Shown here piece by piece: positions 1 through 10,400 of a stretch of 64,000 nucleotides of DNA. The first letter of the stretch is position 1; each line of letters begins with the position of its first letter. The notes beneath the pieces were generated by a model. It saw only the letters and a list, made by a program, of their open reading frames with translations, was not told where the DNA came from and searched no databases. A program made the translations under genes and the position numbers. The stretch is from an uncultured Alphaproteobacteria bacterium. Lineage in GTDB: Bacteria > Pseudomonadota > Alphaproteobacteria > Rhizobiales > Xanthobacteraceae. The stretch covers positions 79,350 to 143,349 of the forward strand of contig CAWDES010000020.1 in NCBI GenBank assembly GCA_963801325.1, given 5' to 3'.

Positions 1-788
1 TTGGAGACGTCACTGACGACGTCCTTGTCGACCTGGATGATCTGAAGTTCGGTCTCGGTGATCTTGCCTTTGGCCTGGGCGCGCGCGGCGATGTATTGCG
101 CACGCTCGCCGGCGAGCCTTGCGGCATCGCGCTCGAGCGTCGTGAGCCGGCTCATCTGCACCAGGTGCTTGTCGTAGAGATCGCGGACGCCGGTCAGTTC
201 CTTCTCGACCAGCGAGATTTCCTGATCCTTGGCCTTTTCCTGCGCGGTGAGACCGGCGATTTCCTCGTTCAACTGAACGATACGTTCGCGCAGCTGTGCC
301 TTCTGGCCGCTCCTGCCGTTGACGCGAACCTCAAACAGCTTGGCTTCGCTGGCCATGACGGCCTTGACGTCGGGATCATCGGCGCGGTTCGTCAGCATCG
401 GCGGGAACGTGATCTTGCTGAGGCCGCGCTGCTCGGCCTCGAGCCGTGCCGCTCGCGCAAGCAACCCGTCGAGATTCTTGGTGACAATCGCAAGGCTCGC
501 TTTGGTGACGGTGTCGTCGAGCCGCACCACGACATCGCCCGCCTTGACGAGGTCGCCATCATGGGCGCGCACCTCGCCGACAACGCCGCCGGTCGGATGC
601 TGCACTTTCTTGACGTTGGATTCGACGACGATGGACCCCGGCGCGATCAGCGCGCCCGAGATCTGCGCGGTCGACGCCCAGCCGCCGAGGCCGCCAGCCA
701 GCAGGATGACGACGGACAGGCCGACAATCAAATGCCGCTTGATCGAAAAGCGCGCACCCTTGGCGTTGAAATCCTTCACCGTGATCAT
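1..788 (-). CDS. HlyD/PrsE-family type I secretion membrane fusion protein (3' end outside window)
   Basis: Manual translation from ATG 788: MITVKDFNAKGARFSIKRHLIVGLSVVILLAGGLGGWASTAQISGALIAPGSIVVESNVKKVQHPTGGVVGEV...GDLVKAGDVVVRLD, typical HlyD N-terminus. ATGA overlap with the upstream ABC gene. Confidence 0.93.
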   Translation of the reverse strand, partial: MITVKDFNAKGARFSIKRHLIVGLSVVILLAGGLGGWASTAQISGALIAPGSIVVESNVKKVQHPTGGVVGEVRAHDGDLVKAGDVVVRLDDTVTKASLAIVTKNLDGLLARAARLEAEQRGLSKITFPPMLTNRADDPDVKAVMASEAKLFEVRVNGRSGQKAQLRERIVQLNEEIAGLTAQEKAKDQEISLVEKELTGVRDLYDKHLVQMSRLTTLERDAARLAGERAQYIAARAQAKGKITETELQIIQVDKDVVSDVS

Positions 789-2533
789 GGCTTGGCGACC
801 CCTCCGTCGGAGACGATCTTGATCGGCGATGGCGCGGCGACGCGCGGCTGCAACACTTGCCCCAACACGGTTTCCTTCGGCCCGAAGGCCTGCATACGGC
901 CGTCCCTGAGCACGAGCAACTGATCGACCGCCTCGATCCCGATCGGCCGATGCGCGACCACCACGACGATGGCGCCGCGCTCGCGCGCCGCACGGATAGC
1001 GCGCGTCAGCGCTTCATCGCCTTCGGTGTCGAGATTGGAATTCGGTTCATCCAGGACGATGAGGAAGGGATTGCCGTACAGCGCCCGCGCCAGCGCCACG
1101 CGCTGCGCCTGCCCTGCCGACAACGCCGTTCCCTGCTCGCCGACAAAGGTGTCGTAGCCTTCGCGCATCTTGATGATCATCTCGTGGACGCCGGCTTCCT
1201 TGGCGGCCGCGATGATGCTGTCGGAGGTCGCCTCGGGATCGAAGCGGCAGATGTTCTGCGCGACCGAGCCTGCGAATAATTCGACGTCCTGCGGCAGGTA
1301 GCCGATATAGCGGCCAAGCACGTCCGAAGACCATTGATCGAGCGCGGCGCCGTCGATCCGCACCTTTCCGCGTGCGGGCTGCCATACGCCCACCAGCGCA
1401 CGCACCAGCGAGGATTTACCCGAGCCGCTCGGCCCGATGACGCCAAGACCGTTTCCGGCCGAAAGGGTGAGGCTGACGTCCTGGACGATCAACCGCTGAT
1501 CGCCGGGCGGCATGATACTGACGCTTTCCAGCGACAGATGACTGGATGGCGTCTGCAGCAGGGTTGGCGTGGCGCGGACCGGCATCGATTGCAGCAACTG
1601 GTTGAGGCGGTGCCAGCTCTGGCGCGCGGCGATGAAACTCTTCCAATGCGCGATCGCAAGGTCGACCGGCGCGAGCGCACGCGCGCTGAGGATCGAACCC
1701 GCGATGATGATGCCGGCGGTCGCCTCCTGATGAATCACGAGATAGGCGCCAACGGCGAGCACGGCCGATTGCAGCGTCATCCGCATAACCTTGGCGATCG
1801 CGCCAAGCCCGCCGGTGACGTCGCTGGCGCGCTGATTGCCATCGAGATAGATCTGGTTGGCCTCGGCCCAGCGCCGGGACATCCGGCCGGACATTCCCAT
1901 CGCCACCAGCACTTCGGCGTTGCGACGGCTGGTTGCGGCGAGATCGTTGCGCCGCGCCGCCAGTCCCAGCGCCTGACGCGCCGGTTCACGCGACAAAAAT
2001 TCGGTCATGATGGTGAGCGTCACCAGAATGATCGCGCCAACCAGCGCGGTGACGCCGATCAGCACGTGAAAGGCAAAGCAGATCGCGAGGTAAAACGGCA
2101 GCCACGGCAGGTCGAAGAACGCGCCCGGTCCCATGCCGCCGAGAAAGCTACGCACATTGTCGAGATCGCGCAGCGGCTGAAGGCCCTCGCCGCGCCCACC
2201 GGCCACAAGCGGCAGTCGCACCACGGTGTCGAACACCCGCGCATTGAGCGCTTCATCGAGCCAAGTTCCGACACGGCCGAGGATGCGCCCCCGGATCAGG
2301 TCGAGGACGCCCTGCGCCATATAGAGTCCGCCCGCCAGGATGATCAGGCCGATCAGGGTCGGAACGCTGCGGCTCGGCAGCACCCGGTCGTAGACCTCGA
2401 GCATGAACAACGACCCGGTCAGATAGAGCAGGTTGATCATGCAGCTCATGATGCCGACGCCGATAAAGGCGCTGCGGCAGGCACGCAATGCGTCGCCGAG
2501 TTCGGAACGCCGGACGCCGGGAGCGGCTGCCAT
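785..2533 (-). CDS. Type I secretion permease/ATPase (PrtD/PrsD family)
   Basis: LFMLEVYDRVLPSRSVPTL N-terminal motif, Walker A GPSGSGKS, LSAGQAQR signature, ILVLDEPNSNLD-type Walker B (LIVLDEPNSNLD). Confidence 0.95.
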   Translation of the reverse strand: MAAAPGVRRSELGDALRACRSAFIGVGIMSCMINLLYLTGSLFMLEVYDRVLPSRSVPTLIGLIILAGGLYMAQGVLDLIRGRILGRVGTWLDEALNARVFDTVVRLPLVAGGRGEGLQPLRDLDNVRSFLGGMGPGAFFDLPWLPFYLAICFAFHVLIGVTALVGAIILVTLTIMTEFLSREPARQALGLAARRNDLAATSRRNAEVLVAMGMSGRMSRRWAEANQIYLDGNQRASDVTGGLGAIAKVMRMTLQSAVLAVGAYLVIHQEATAGIIIAGSILSARALAPVDLAIAHWKSFIAARQSWHRLNQLLQSMPVRATPTLLQTPSSHLSLESVSIMPPGDQRLIVQDVSLTLSAGNGLGVIGPSGSGKSSLVRALVGVWQPARGKVRIDGAALDQWSSDVLGRYIGYLPQDVELFAGSVAQNICRFDPEATSDSIIAAAKEAGVHEMIIKMREGYDTFVGEQGTALSAGQAQRVALARALYGNPFLIVLDEPNSNLDTEGDEALTRAIRAARERGAIVVVVAHRPIGIEAVDQLLVLRDGRMQAFGPKETVLGQVLQPRVAAPSPIKIVSDGGVAKP

Positions 2534-2714
2534 CTACCCTGGTCTCTTCCTGTGGAATTCGCGACGCCCGGCCAAAATGGGGCATCTGCGACATATTATT
2601 ACTGATTTTCGGAACCGACGTCTAATGAAGTCGCATTAACCTAAATGCCTTGAACCCAAATGCTTTTCTCCTCCGCCAGGCGGGCCAAATCGGCCCTGCC
2701 CGTTCAAGCGCGCC

Positions 2715-2760
2715 GAAAAAGCTGATGGCCGGCCGGTGAGACCGGACCGGCCGCTTTTTC
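2715..2760. terminator. Probable intrinsic terminator downstream of the GlsB/YeaQ gene
   Basis: gaaaaagc..ggccggccgg-tgaga-ccggaccggcc-gctttttc imperfect hairpin flanked by A and T tracts. Confidence 0.55.
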
Positions 2761-2766
2761 AAAATG

Positions 2767-3036
2767 TCACCAACGGCCGCCGCCCCTCACCAGCCTCACG
2801 ACCAGCAACAATATGATCGCGCCGATCGCCGAATAGATGATTTCCGAAATCAGGCCACCGCCGATGTGAATGCCGAGCTTTGGGAACAACCAACTGGCGA
2901 TGAACGCGCCGATAATGCCGATAATGATATCGCCGATGATGCCGTAACCAGCACCGCGCACGACCTTACCAGCCAGCCAGCCCGCCACCAGGCCGACGAA
3001 CAGAATGACAATGAGATTTTCGCCTGAAAGATACAT
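2767..3036 (-). CDS. GlsB/YeaQ/YmgE (transglycosylase-associated) small membrane protein
   Basis: 89 aa, Gly-rich, 3 TM: GLVAGWLA...GIIGDIIIGIIGAFIA...IGAIILLLV. Confidence 0.9.
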   Translation of the reverse strand: MYLSGENLIVILFVGLVAGWLAGKVVRGAGYGIIGDIIIGIIGAFIASWLFPKLGIHIGGGLISEIIYSAIGAIILLLVVRLVRGGGRW

Positions 3037-3164
3037 GAAAACTCCCCCGGTTTACGCGCGACGTCCCTCCCCGCGCTGACCAGGAATTTATCGACTATTG
3101 GCTGGCGTGACCATGCCATTTTGAACCGAACCGCACGCAAGGTGCCGCGCGGCCCGGAACTGGA

Positions 3165-3209
3165 TTCACCGGGCAGCCCTTTCACGGCAGCCTTTCACCG
3201 AGCAGCCCT
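3165..3209. repeat. Imperfect 13-16 bp tandem repeat, 3 copies (ttcacc..gcagccct)
   Basis: ttcaccgggcagccct / ttcacggcagcct / ttcaccgagcagccct seen directly. Confidence 0.6.
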
Positions 3210-3234
3210 GGCACCTTGACGTCGACGATCGCCG

Positions 3235-4647
3235 TTATGGCAGTTGCGGCACCTTGTCGTGAAAATCGGTCGCGCGCTGGAACGCCGCGCCGATCCTCAA
3301 GATCGTGGCTTCATCGAACGAGCGGCCGACGAGTTGCAGCCCCACCGGAAGACCGCTGCGCGTGAAGCCTGACGGAATAGCCAGCGACGGCAGGCCGAGA
3401 TAGTTGATCGGGCGGGTGAAGCGCGTCAGCCGCTGGATCACGGCTTCGGCGCCGGGGCTGCCACCGACATCGCTTTCGACAATGGTTGGCGCGGGAACCG
3501 GCGAGACCGGCGCGATGACGGCATCGACCTTGGCGGTGGCGGCATTGTGCGCGGCCAAAGCCGGCCCGCGCCAACGCATCGCTTCGAGATAGGTGACGGC
3601 TGAGATCGCGAGCCCGTTCTGAAGCCGCATCAGGACTTGCGCGCCATAATCCTGCGGCCGCTCGATCATCCAGCGTTTGTGGAAGGCGGCGGCTTCCACC
3701 GCTAGAACGAGTTGCGCCGCGCTCGAAAGCTGACGCTGGTCAGGCAGATCGACCTGAACGACGTTGGCGCCCTCGCGCTTGAAGGTCGCAATCGTCGCAT
3801 CGAGCACGCTTGCAACCTCGGAATCGAGATCGTCGACATAAAAGGCGCCGGGAACACCGATGGTGAGACCTTTCATCGATTGCGCGGTCGCCGCCGCATA
3901 ATCGGGCACCGGCCCTGCAAGCGCGGTCGGATCGGCCGGGTCTGCACCCGCCATCAGGCCCACGAGCAGAGCGCAGTCTTCCGCGGTGCGTGCCAGCGGC
4001 CCAACGGTGTCGAGCGATTGCGACAACGGCATTGCGCCGGCGCGGCTGATGCGGCCGACGGTGGTTTTCAAACCGGTCACGCCGCAGAAATGCGCGGGCA
4101 TCCGGATCGAACCGCCGGTATCCGAGCCGAGCGCGGCAAAGGTCAGGCGCGCGGCAACGGCCGAGCCCGATCCCGACGACGAGCCGCCGGTGACGTGCGG
4201 CAGCCCAAACGGATTATGCACCGGGCCATAATGCGCGTTGTGGCCGGTCGGGCCGTAGGCGAACTCCGCCATCTGCAAGGAGCCGAGGCGGATGGTGCCG
4301 GCGTCCTTCAGGCGTTGCAGCGCGGTCGACGTGGTGGTGGCGACGAAATCGCGGCGAATACGCGAGCCACAGGTCACGACCTTCCCGGCCTCGTAATACA
4401 TGTCCTTGTGCGCGAGCGGCACGCCGTGCAGACGGCCGCGACGGCCGCCTTTGGCGAGCGCGGCATCGGCGGCATCGGCCGCCTTCAGGGCCTCGTCCGC
4501 CTCGATCGCCATGAAGGCGTTCAGGTGCGGCTGCCATTTCGCGATCCGGTCGAGACAGGATTGCGTCACCTCGCGCGAAGAAAACTGCTTGTCCGCGATC
4601 GCATGTGCGACCGCCGTCAGCGACATCAAGGCCGGCTCTTTGCTCAT
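3235..4647 (-). CDS. Amidase signature family protein (AtzE/GatA-like)
   Basis: Start MSKEPALM at ATG 4647. LHGVPLAHKD, GGSSSGS and GSDTGGSIRMPA give the Ser-cisSer-Lys motifs. Confidence 0.92.
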   Translation of the reverse strand: MSKEPALMSLTAVAHAIADKQFSSREVTQSCLDRIAKWQPHLNAFMAIEADEALKAADAADAALAKGGRRGRLHGVPLAHKDMYYEAGKVVTCGSRIRRDFVATTTSTALQRLKDAGTIRLGSLQMAEFAYGPTGHNAHYGPVHNPFGLPHVTGGSSSGSGSAVAARLTFAALGSDTGGSIRMPAHFCGVTGLKTTVGRISRAGAMPLSQSLDTVGPLARTAEDCALLVGLMAGADPADPTALAGPVPDYAAATAQSMKGLTIGVPGAFYVDDLDSEVASVLDATIATFKREGANVVQVDLPDQRQLSSAAQLVLAVEAAAFHKRWMIERPQDYGAQVLMRLQNGLAISAVTYLEAMRWRGPALAAHNAATAKVDAVIAPVSPVPAPTIVESDVGGSPGAEAVIQRLTRFTRPINYLGLPSLAIPSGFTRSGLPVGLQLVGRSFDEATILRIGAAFQRATDFHDKVPQLP

Positions 4648-4841
4648 CGGGCGGCCTTTTCGGTTTGAACGATGATGTAAGTCGATGGTTCGAGATCGAA
4701 CGGCAACGTGCCCGCAATGGCGGCAAATCCTTCGAGGGCCGGTCCGATGGAATTGACGATGCGGGTCGCGATTTCCGCGTCTACCGGCACGCCGGCCGCG
4801 CTGGCGATCGCGGCTATCTCCTTCTCCGTGGGTCTGGTCAT
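4644..4841 (-). CDS. Small protein, probable amidase partner subunit (AtzG/GatC-like)
   Basis: 65 aa, GGAGGAG RBS, stop overlaps the amidase ATG (ATGA), C-terminal LPFDLEP. Confidence 0.7.
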   Translation of the reverse strand: MTRPTEKEIAAIASAAGVPVDAEIATRIVNSIGPALEGFAAIAGTLPFDLEPSTYIIVQTEKAAR

Positions 4842-5029
4842 GCGTTGTCTCCTCCTTCTTTTTCTTGGTGCGCCGCTGTGTCCCGAACCGGGGAATAGCC
4901 AGTTCAGCGGGCCACCCGATCGCCCACTTTATCAAGCGCGGTGAGTTTAGCTGTAGTGCTGGCGCAGGGCGGCTCCGCAAACGGATGGGTATCAAAGCGC
5001 AGCCCAACAGCGAGACGACGCGTGTAGCG

Positions 5030-7265
5030 TTACTTCGTCAACAGGGCGAAGGCGCCATTCCAGTCGTCGGGCGGCGGGTTCTGCTGATAGTCGCGAATGC
5101 GCGCCTCGTAGAGCTTGTACAGGTAGCTGAGCGCGCCGGCCTCGTCGCTACGCCGGCCGCGTTCGATCGACATCAGCGCGCCGTCCCAATCGCGGCTGCG
5201 ATAACAGGCAAGCATCTCGATCGTGAGATTGCGCAGGGTCTGGAATTTCGCCGAATGCGCGACGTCCTCGCGGCCAGCGATGGCATAAATGACCTCGGGC
5301 TCCTTCTTGCCTTTGACCATGATGAAGTCGAGTTCGAGGATTGCGAACTTGTCTTTGGCGGCGATCGCCGTCTTCGAGCCTGCGATGATCGGAAAGCCGT
5401 ACTCCTTCGATTGGCCTTCCAGGCGCGACGCCAGGTTGACGCTATCGCCGAGCACCGAATAGTCGAAGCGCAGGTTCGATCCCATGTTGCCGACGACGCA
5501 GACGCCGGTGTTGAGACCTACGCCGACATTGATCGGGATATAGACGTGACCGCCGTTCTGGGCCTCGACCTGGCGATCCTTGTTGAGGGCATCGATCTTC
5601 TCCAGCATGTCGAGCGCCGCGTTGCAGGCGTTGACCTGGTGTTCATTGTCGTCAAGCGGCGCATTCCAGAACGCCATGATCGCGTCGCCCATATATTTGT
5701 CGATGGTACCCTTGCGCGCGAGAATGGCGTCGGTGAGCGGCGTCAGGAAGCGGTTCATCAGGGCGGTCAGACCCTGCGGGTCGCTCTTGTAGGACTCCGA
5801 GATCGACGTGAAGCCGCGAACGTCGGAGAACATGATCGTCATCTCGCGCTCTTCCCCGCCGAGCTTGAGCTTTTCCGGCGAGTTAGCGAGTTGTTCGACC
5901 AGGGCCGGCGAAATGTATTGACCGAACGCCGAGCGGATTTGCCGGCGTTGCGCCTGTTCGCGGACGAAGCTTGCGAAAATCAGCGTGAGGTAGATCGCGG
6001 TGGTCGATAGAAGCGGATAGGTGAAATCGATCAGGAGCCGATGCTCCTTGTAAAAGTACAACGATGTTCCGACCAGGATCGTGGCGAATAGGGCGCCAAC
6101 ACCGACAAGCGTGACCGGCCCGAGATTGGGCGCGAAGATGATGACCAGAAGTCCGAAGATAAGCGCGCCGAGGAATTCGATCGCGATTCCGTAACTCGGT
6201 TGCGCCAGCACCGCGCGGGCCAGCGCGGCTTCGAGCACCTGCGCATGGATCTCGACACCCGGCATCACCCTGGAAACCGGCGTCGTCTTGAGGTCGTTCA
6301 AGGTTGCGGCCGAAGTACCGATCAGAACCAGCTTGCCCCTGATCTTGTCGACCGGCGCAGTGCCGTCGAGAAGGCTGGCCGCCGACACGTAGATCGACGG
6401 ATCCTGGCGCGCAAAATGGACCCAGAACTGGCCGTTCTTGTCGGTTGGAACCTCCAATCCTCTCAAGGCGATGCTTTTGACACCGCCTCGGTCGTATTTG
6501 GTCAGGATGGTCGGCGTTCCCGAAACGACGCGCAACATTTCCAGGTTCAGCGAAGGCATCAGATGGCCCTGCGCCAATAACAGTAACGGCACACGCCGGA
6601 CGATGCCGTCGCGTTCGGGCACGATCGTCACCAGACCGCGGCCGGCCGCGACTTTTTCCAGCGTCGGAACGTTGCGCAACAGTCCGGGAAATTCGTAGAT
6701 ACGCGGCTCGCTGCTTCCCTTCTCGCCAAGCGAGGCAAACCCGGTGAAGGGAAGCTCGTTATCGATATCCGAAATCGGCGCCGGCAATCCGGTTTCGCCG
6801 AGTACGACGCGGGCTCGCCGGATGGCATCGGCCAGCGCCTGGTCATTGCTTGGCAGTTCGCGCAACCTGCTCCGGGTCAATTCATCCAGATAGCGCATGG
6901 TCTTCGCGGCGATATCCGGATTGAGCCGGTCGGGCTCGGAAAACACGATGTCGAAGGCAATGGTAAGCGCGCCGAGATTGGCGAGGTTGATGACCATGTC
7001 CGCAATGTAGGTGCGCGGCCACGGCCACTGGCCGAGCTTCTTCAGGCTCGGCTCGTCGATGTCGATGATGGTGATCGGGACGCGCGGTCTTCACCCGCGG
7101 ATCGAAGCGCTGATAGAAGTCGAACGTCCTGACCCGAAGCTCCTCGACCGGGGCAAAATCGGCCATTCGCAGCGCCGCAATGCCGATCAGGAGGACAACA
7201 CAAATCAGCCGCGAGAAGCCAAATCGTCGACCGAACCAGCGCCGGATGATTTTAAGACGTTTCAT
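5030..7265 (-). CDS. CHASE2-domain class III adenylate/guanylate cyclase (1-nt frameshift near 7078)
   Basis: IIDIDEPSLKKLGQWPWPR and PGVEIHAQ CHASE2 motifs, 3 TM, then FSDVRGFT, DKYMGDAIMAFW, GDSVNLASRLEG. K in DKY and D in FDY suggest ATP specificity. An extra C in a CCC run joins ORFs 6882-7265 and 5030-6997. Confidence 0.9.
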
Positions 7266-7453
7266 GCCTGCAATCGGGTTCGAGCAAGTCGGGGTGGGTT
7301 CGTCAGCAATCTTTCCCGACGCATTTCAAAGCCGAAAAATCATCAGACGGCAAGCCACAAGCCCGAAAGGGCCACTCACTGGCCCCTCCGGACACTCTTA
7401 TGTTCGCAGTCGTTCGGAGAAATCCGCCGGGCAACCGTGACGCCGGGCCCGGC

Positions 7454-10400
7454 TTACACGAAGTGGAAGTCGTGGGAGTGGAGCTGAGCCTTCACGAAAC
7501 CCGAAATGCCGGTCTGATCGTGGCCGTCGCTTCCGGCGGGCACATAACCCGGATCGGGAGCGTTGCTCGGTCCGGCCGGCAGGTTCGCCAGGATCGGACC
7601 GTTGGGCTGGAAGGTCTGCGGCTCGGTATGGAGATCGTTGGCCGGTGAATGATTCGGCCCAAAATTGAAGGCAAAGCCATCGGCCGCCGTGCCGCCCGAA
7701 TTCTGGTTCGAGGCCACGGTCGTATCGGCCGGAGTTTGGCCCTTCGTGTCTACCGGCGGATCGACGATCAGCGTGTGGCCCACGCCATCATTCTCGACGA
7801 TGAAATTCGCGAGCTGATAGTGGCCCTCGAATTTGAGACTGTCGAGCGTTTGACCGCTCGCATGTACGCAGCGTCAGCGTGCCCGTGCCGTCGCCGTTAT
7901 CCGTATACGTGGTCTTGCCGGTCGCGACGTCCGCGAAGTTGACGTCGGCAATATCGATCAGGTCCGAATTCGCCTTCGTGCCATCGCCTGCAAAACCGAC
8001 GATCGTACCGGTGAAATCCTTGGAGTCGGCAAGCAGAAGTTCGCCCGTGGTGCCGGTGCTGTTGGCAAAGTTCACCGTCGCCGAGCTTGGGGCCGACACA
8101 CCCAGCACCTGATCGGTATCGATCGTGACGTTGCCCGTCGCCGACGGGTCATCGAGCATCGTTCCGCCCTGACCGTCCGACGCAATTTCGAAATCGCCGG
8201 AGGAGGCACCGGAGACCTTGAGAGTAACCGAATCATGGGAGTGGGTATTGGTGATCGTCACCTCATGACTGGTGCTATTGTAGTGAACCGACATCGACCC
8301 TTGCCGCCACGCCAGGTCCTTGAGGTCGACGTGATTTTCCGCGTTCTCAGGCTCGGCTCGGTCAGGCCGGAGATCGTTCCCTTGAAGTCATGGGAATCGT
8401 CGAGGATGAGCAGGCCAGCTCCGCTCGAACTTTCGAACGTCACCGTTTCACCGGAAGAAACCGAACCGCCGATTTCGAGCGTGGAGTGGGCGAAGATATT
8501 GATCGCACCCGTGAACCGGTCGTGTTCGTGACGTCCCCGGTGATGTCGACGAACGCTCCCGAGTGACCGGTGGCGTTGCCGGATGCAATCGTTCCGTTGT
8601 TGACGACGTCACCGTTGATCTGCAGCGTTGAACCCGGGTCACGGCGTGTTCGCACGAAGCACCGCCATCGTCGTTCGTGACGATTTCCGGTAGCAATGAT
8701 GAGCGAATGCGAGCCCGTCGCGTCGATCGTGCCCTTGTTTTCCAACGTCAGATGAGCTGTCGCCGATCGTGCCGGCGCCGGTGATCGTGTCCGAGTTGAT
8801 AAGCTTGGCAGCCGCGCCGTCGCTGACGATGAAATTGTGAGAGTTATCGCTCATCACGATGTGGCCGCCGCCAGTGAGCGAGACGTTACCTGAGATCTCC
8901 AGCCCGGTCGCGTGGCCAGTAGAATCCAGCGAGATCGTGCCGATGTCGGTGATCGTGTCCGCGAGCTTGAGCGTCGAGCTATCGGTTACATCGACGGTCG
9001 TTCCCTTGGCGATCGTGACGTTATCGAGTTCGTTGGAGTTGCCGACCGTGAAGATCGACCCGGTGCCGCCGAGCGTGCCGCCAGTGACGGCCGCGTTGTT
9101 GAGCTCCAGCAATCCATTGGTGGAGTTGATCTCGCCGTTGTTGGTGATCGTGCCGGTCAATTCGAGTCCGCCCGAAGCGGCCGTGACCTTGGCGCCCGTG
9201 CCAATGGTGACGTCCTTCAGGATGCTGAGGAAGTTGGGACCACCGGTCGCGATGATGCCGGCGCCACCGAGCGTGCCGCCGGTGATGGACGCATTCTCCA
9301 GCCGAAGCTGGCCGGTGGTGGCATCAATCTCGCCATTGTTGGCGATGGCCCCGGTCAGATCCAGTATGCCGGCCGAAGCCTTCACGATCGTGCCGCTGGC
9401 AATCGTCACGCCACTCAGGACGCTTTCGACGTTGCCGTCCGTGTTGATCGTGCCAGGTCCACCAAGCTTGCCGCCGATGAAGGCCGTATTCTCGAGGTCA
9501 ATCGTGGCACCGGTGCCGGCATCAACTTCGCCAAAATTGAAAATGTTGCCGGTCAATTCCAGCACGCCGACCGTCGCCGCGACCAGGCTGCCAATCCCCA
9601 GCGTGAGGCCGGTAAACGGCGTGGTGCCGCCATCCAGTATACTGCGGTCATTGCCGTTAGCCGTCGCAACGTTTCCTGACAGCTTGCCGCGGGTGATGGT
9701 GGAGTTCACCAAATTGAGAAGGCCGGAGCTTCCGATCGTATTGATCGCGCCGCCGCTGTTGTTGACCGACACATTGTCCAGCGTGAGCGCAGCGCCGTCG
9801 GCCTTGATGGTGCCGCTGTTGACGAAGCTGAAGGTGTTGCTGATCGTGCTGTTGGCAGTCACGTCGATGGTGCCGCCGCTCAGATTCTTGACGATGCCGG
9901 TATCGATCGTCGTCCCGTCGAGCGTCAGCAGCCCATTGAGGTCGACCTGGATGGTCCCGTTATCTGCGCCGTCGCTGTTGGTGACGACGTCATCGCTGAG
10001 CACCAGGGCCGCATTGCCGTCTACTTCGATCTTGCCGCTATTGGTGATCGGCGTCGGGTCGATCGTGAGCATCCCGTTGACGACGTTGAGGTTGCCGCTA
10101 TTGACGATCGCCGTTCCGTCGATCGCGCTGGTGCCGGTCGAATTCAGGGTGCCGAAAAGGTCGAGCGTTCCGCCCGTGATCGTGGCGTTGTCAAATCCGA
10201 GCGCCGTGCCGGCGTCGATCTGAACGATGCTGGTGGCGGAATCGACGCCCGTGATGATCGTTCCATCAATCAGGACGTTGTCGAGCGTGAGAGTTACGCC
10301 CTTTTCAATGGTGACGTTGCCACCGTTCAGGTTGGCATCGACGATCGAGGCCGGACTGACGGTGACTGGTTCCGGAGATCGAGCTGTTGCCGGTGACATC

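Noticed and set aside
7070-7085. Programmed ribosomal frameshifting in the cyclase and other split genes
   Set aside because: No slippery heptamer is visible at the breaks I examined, and the breaks are scattered across unrelated genes.
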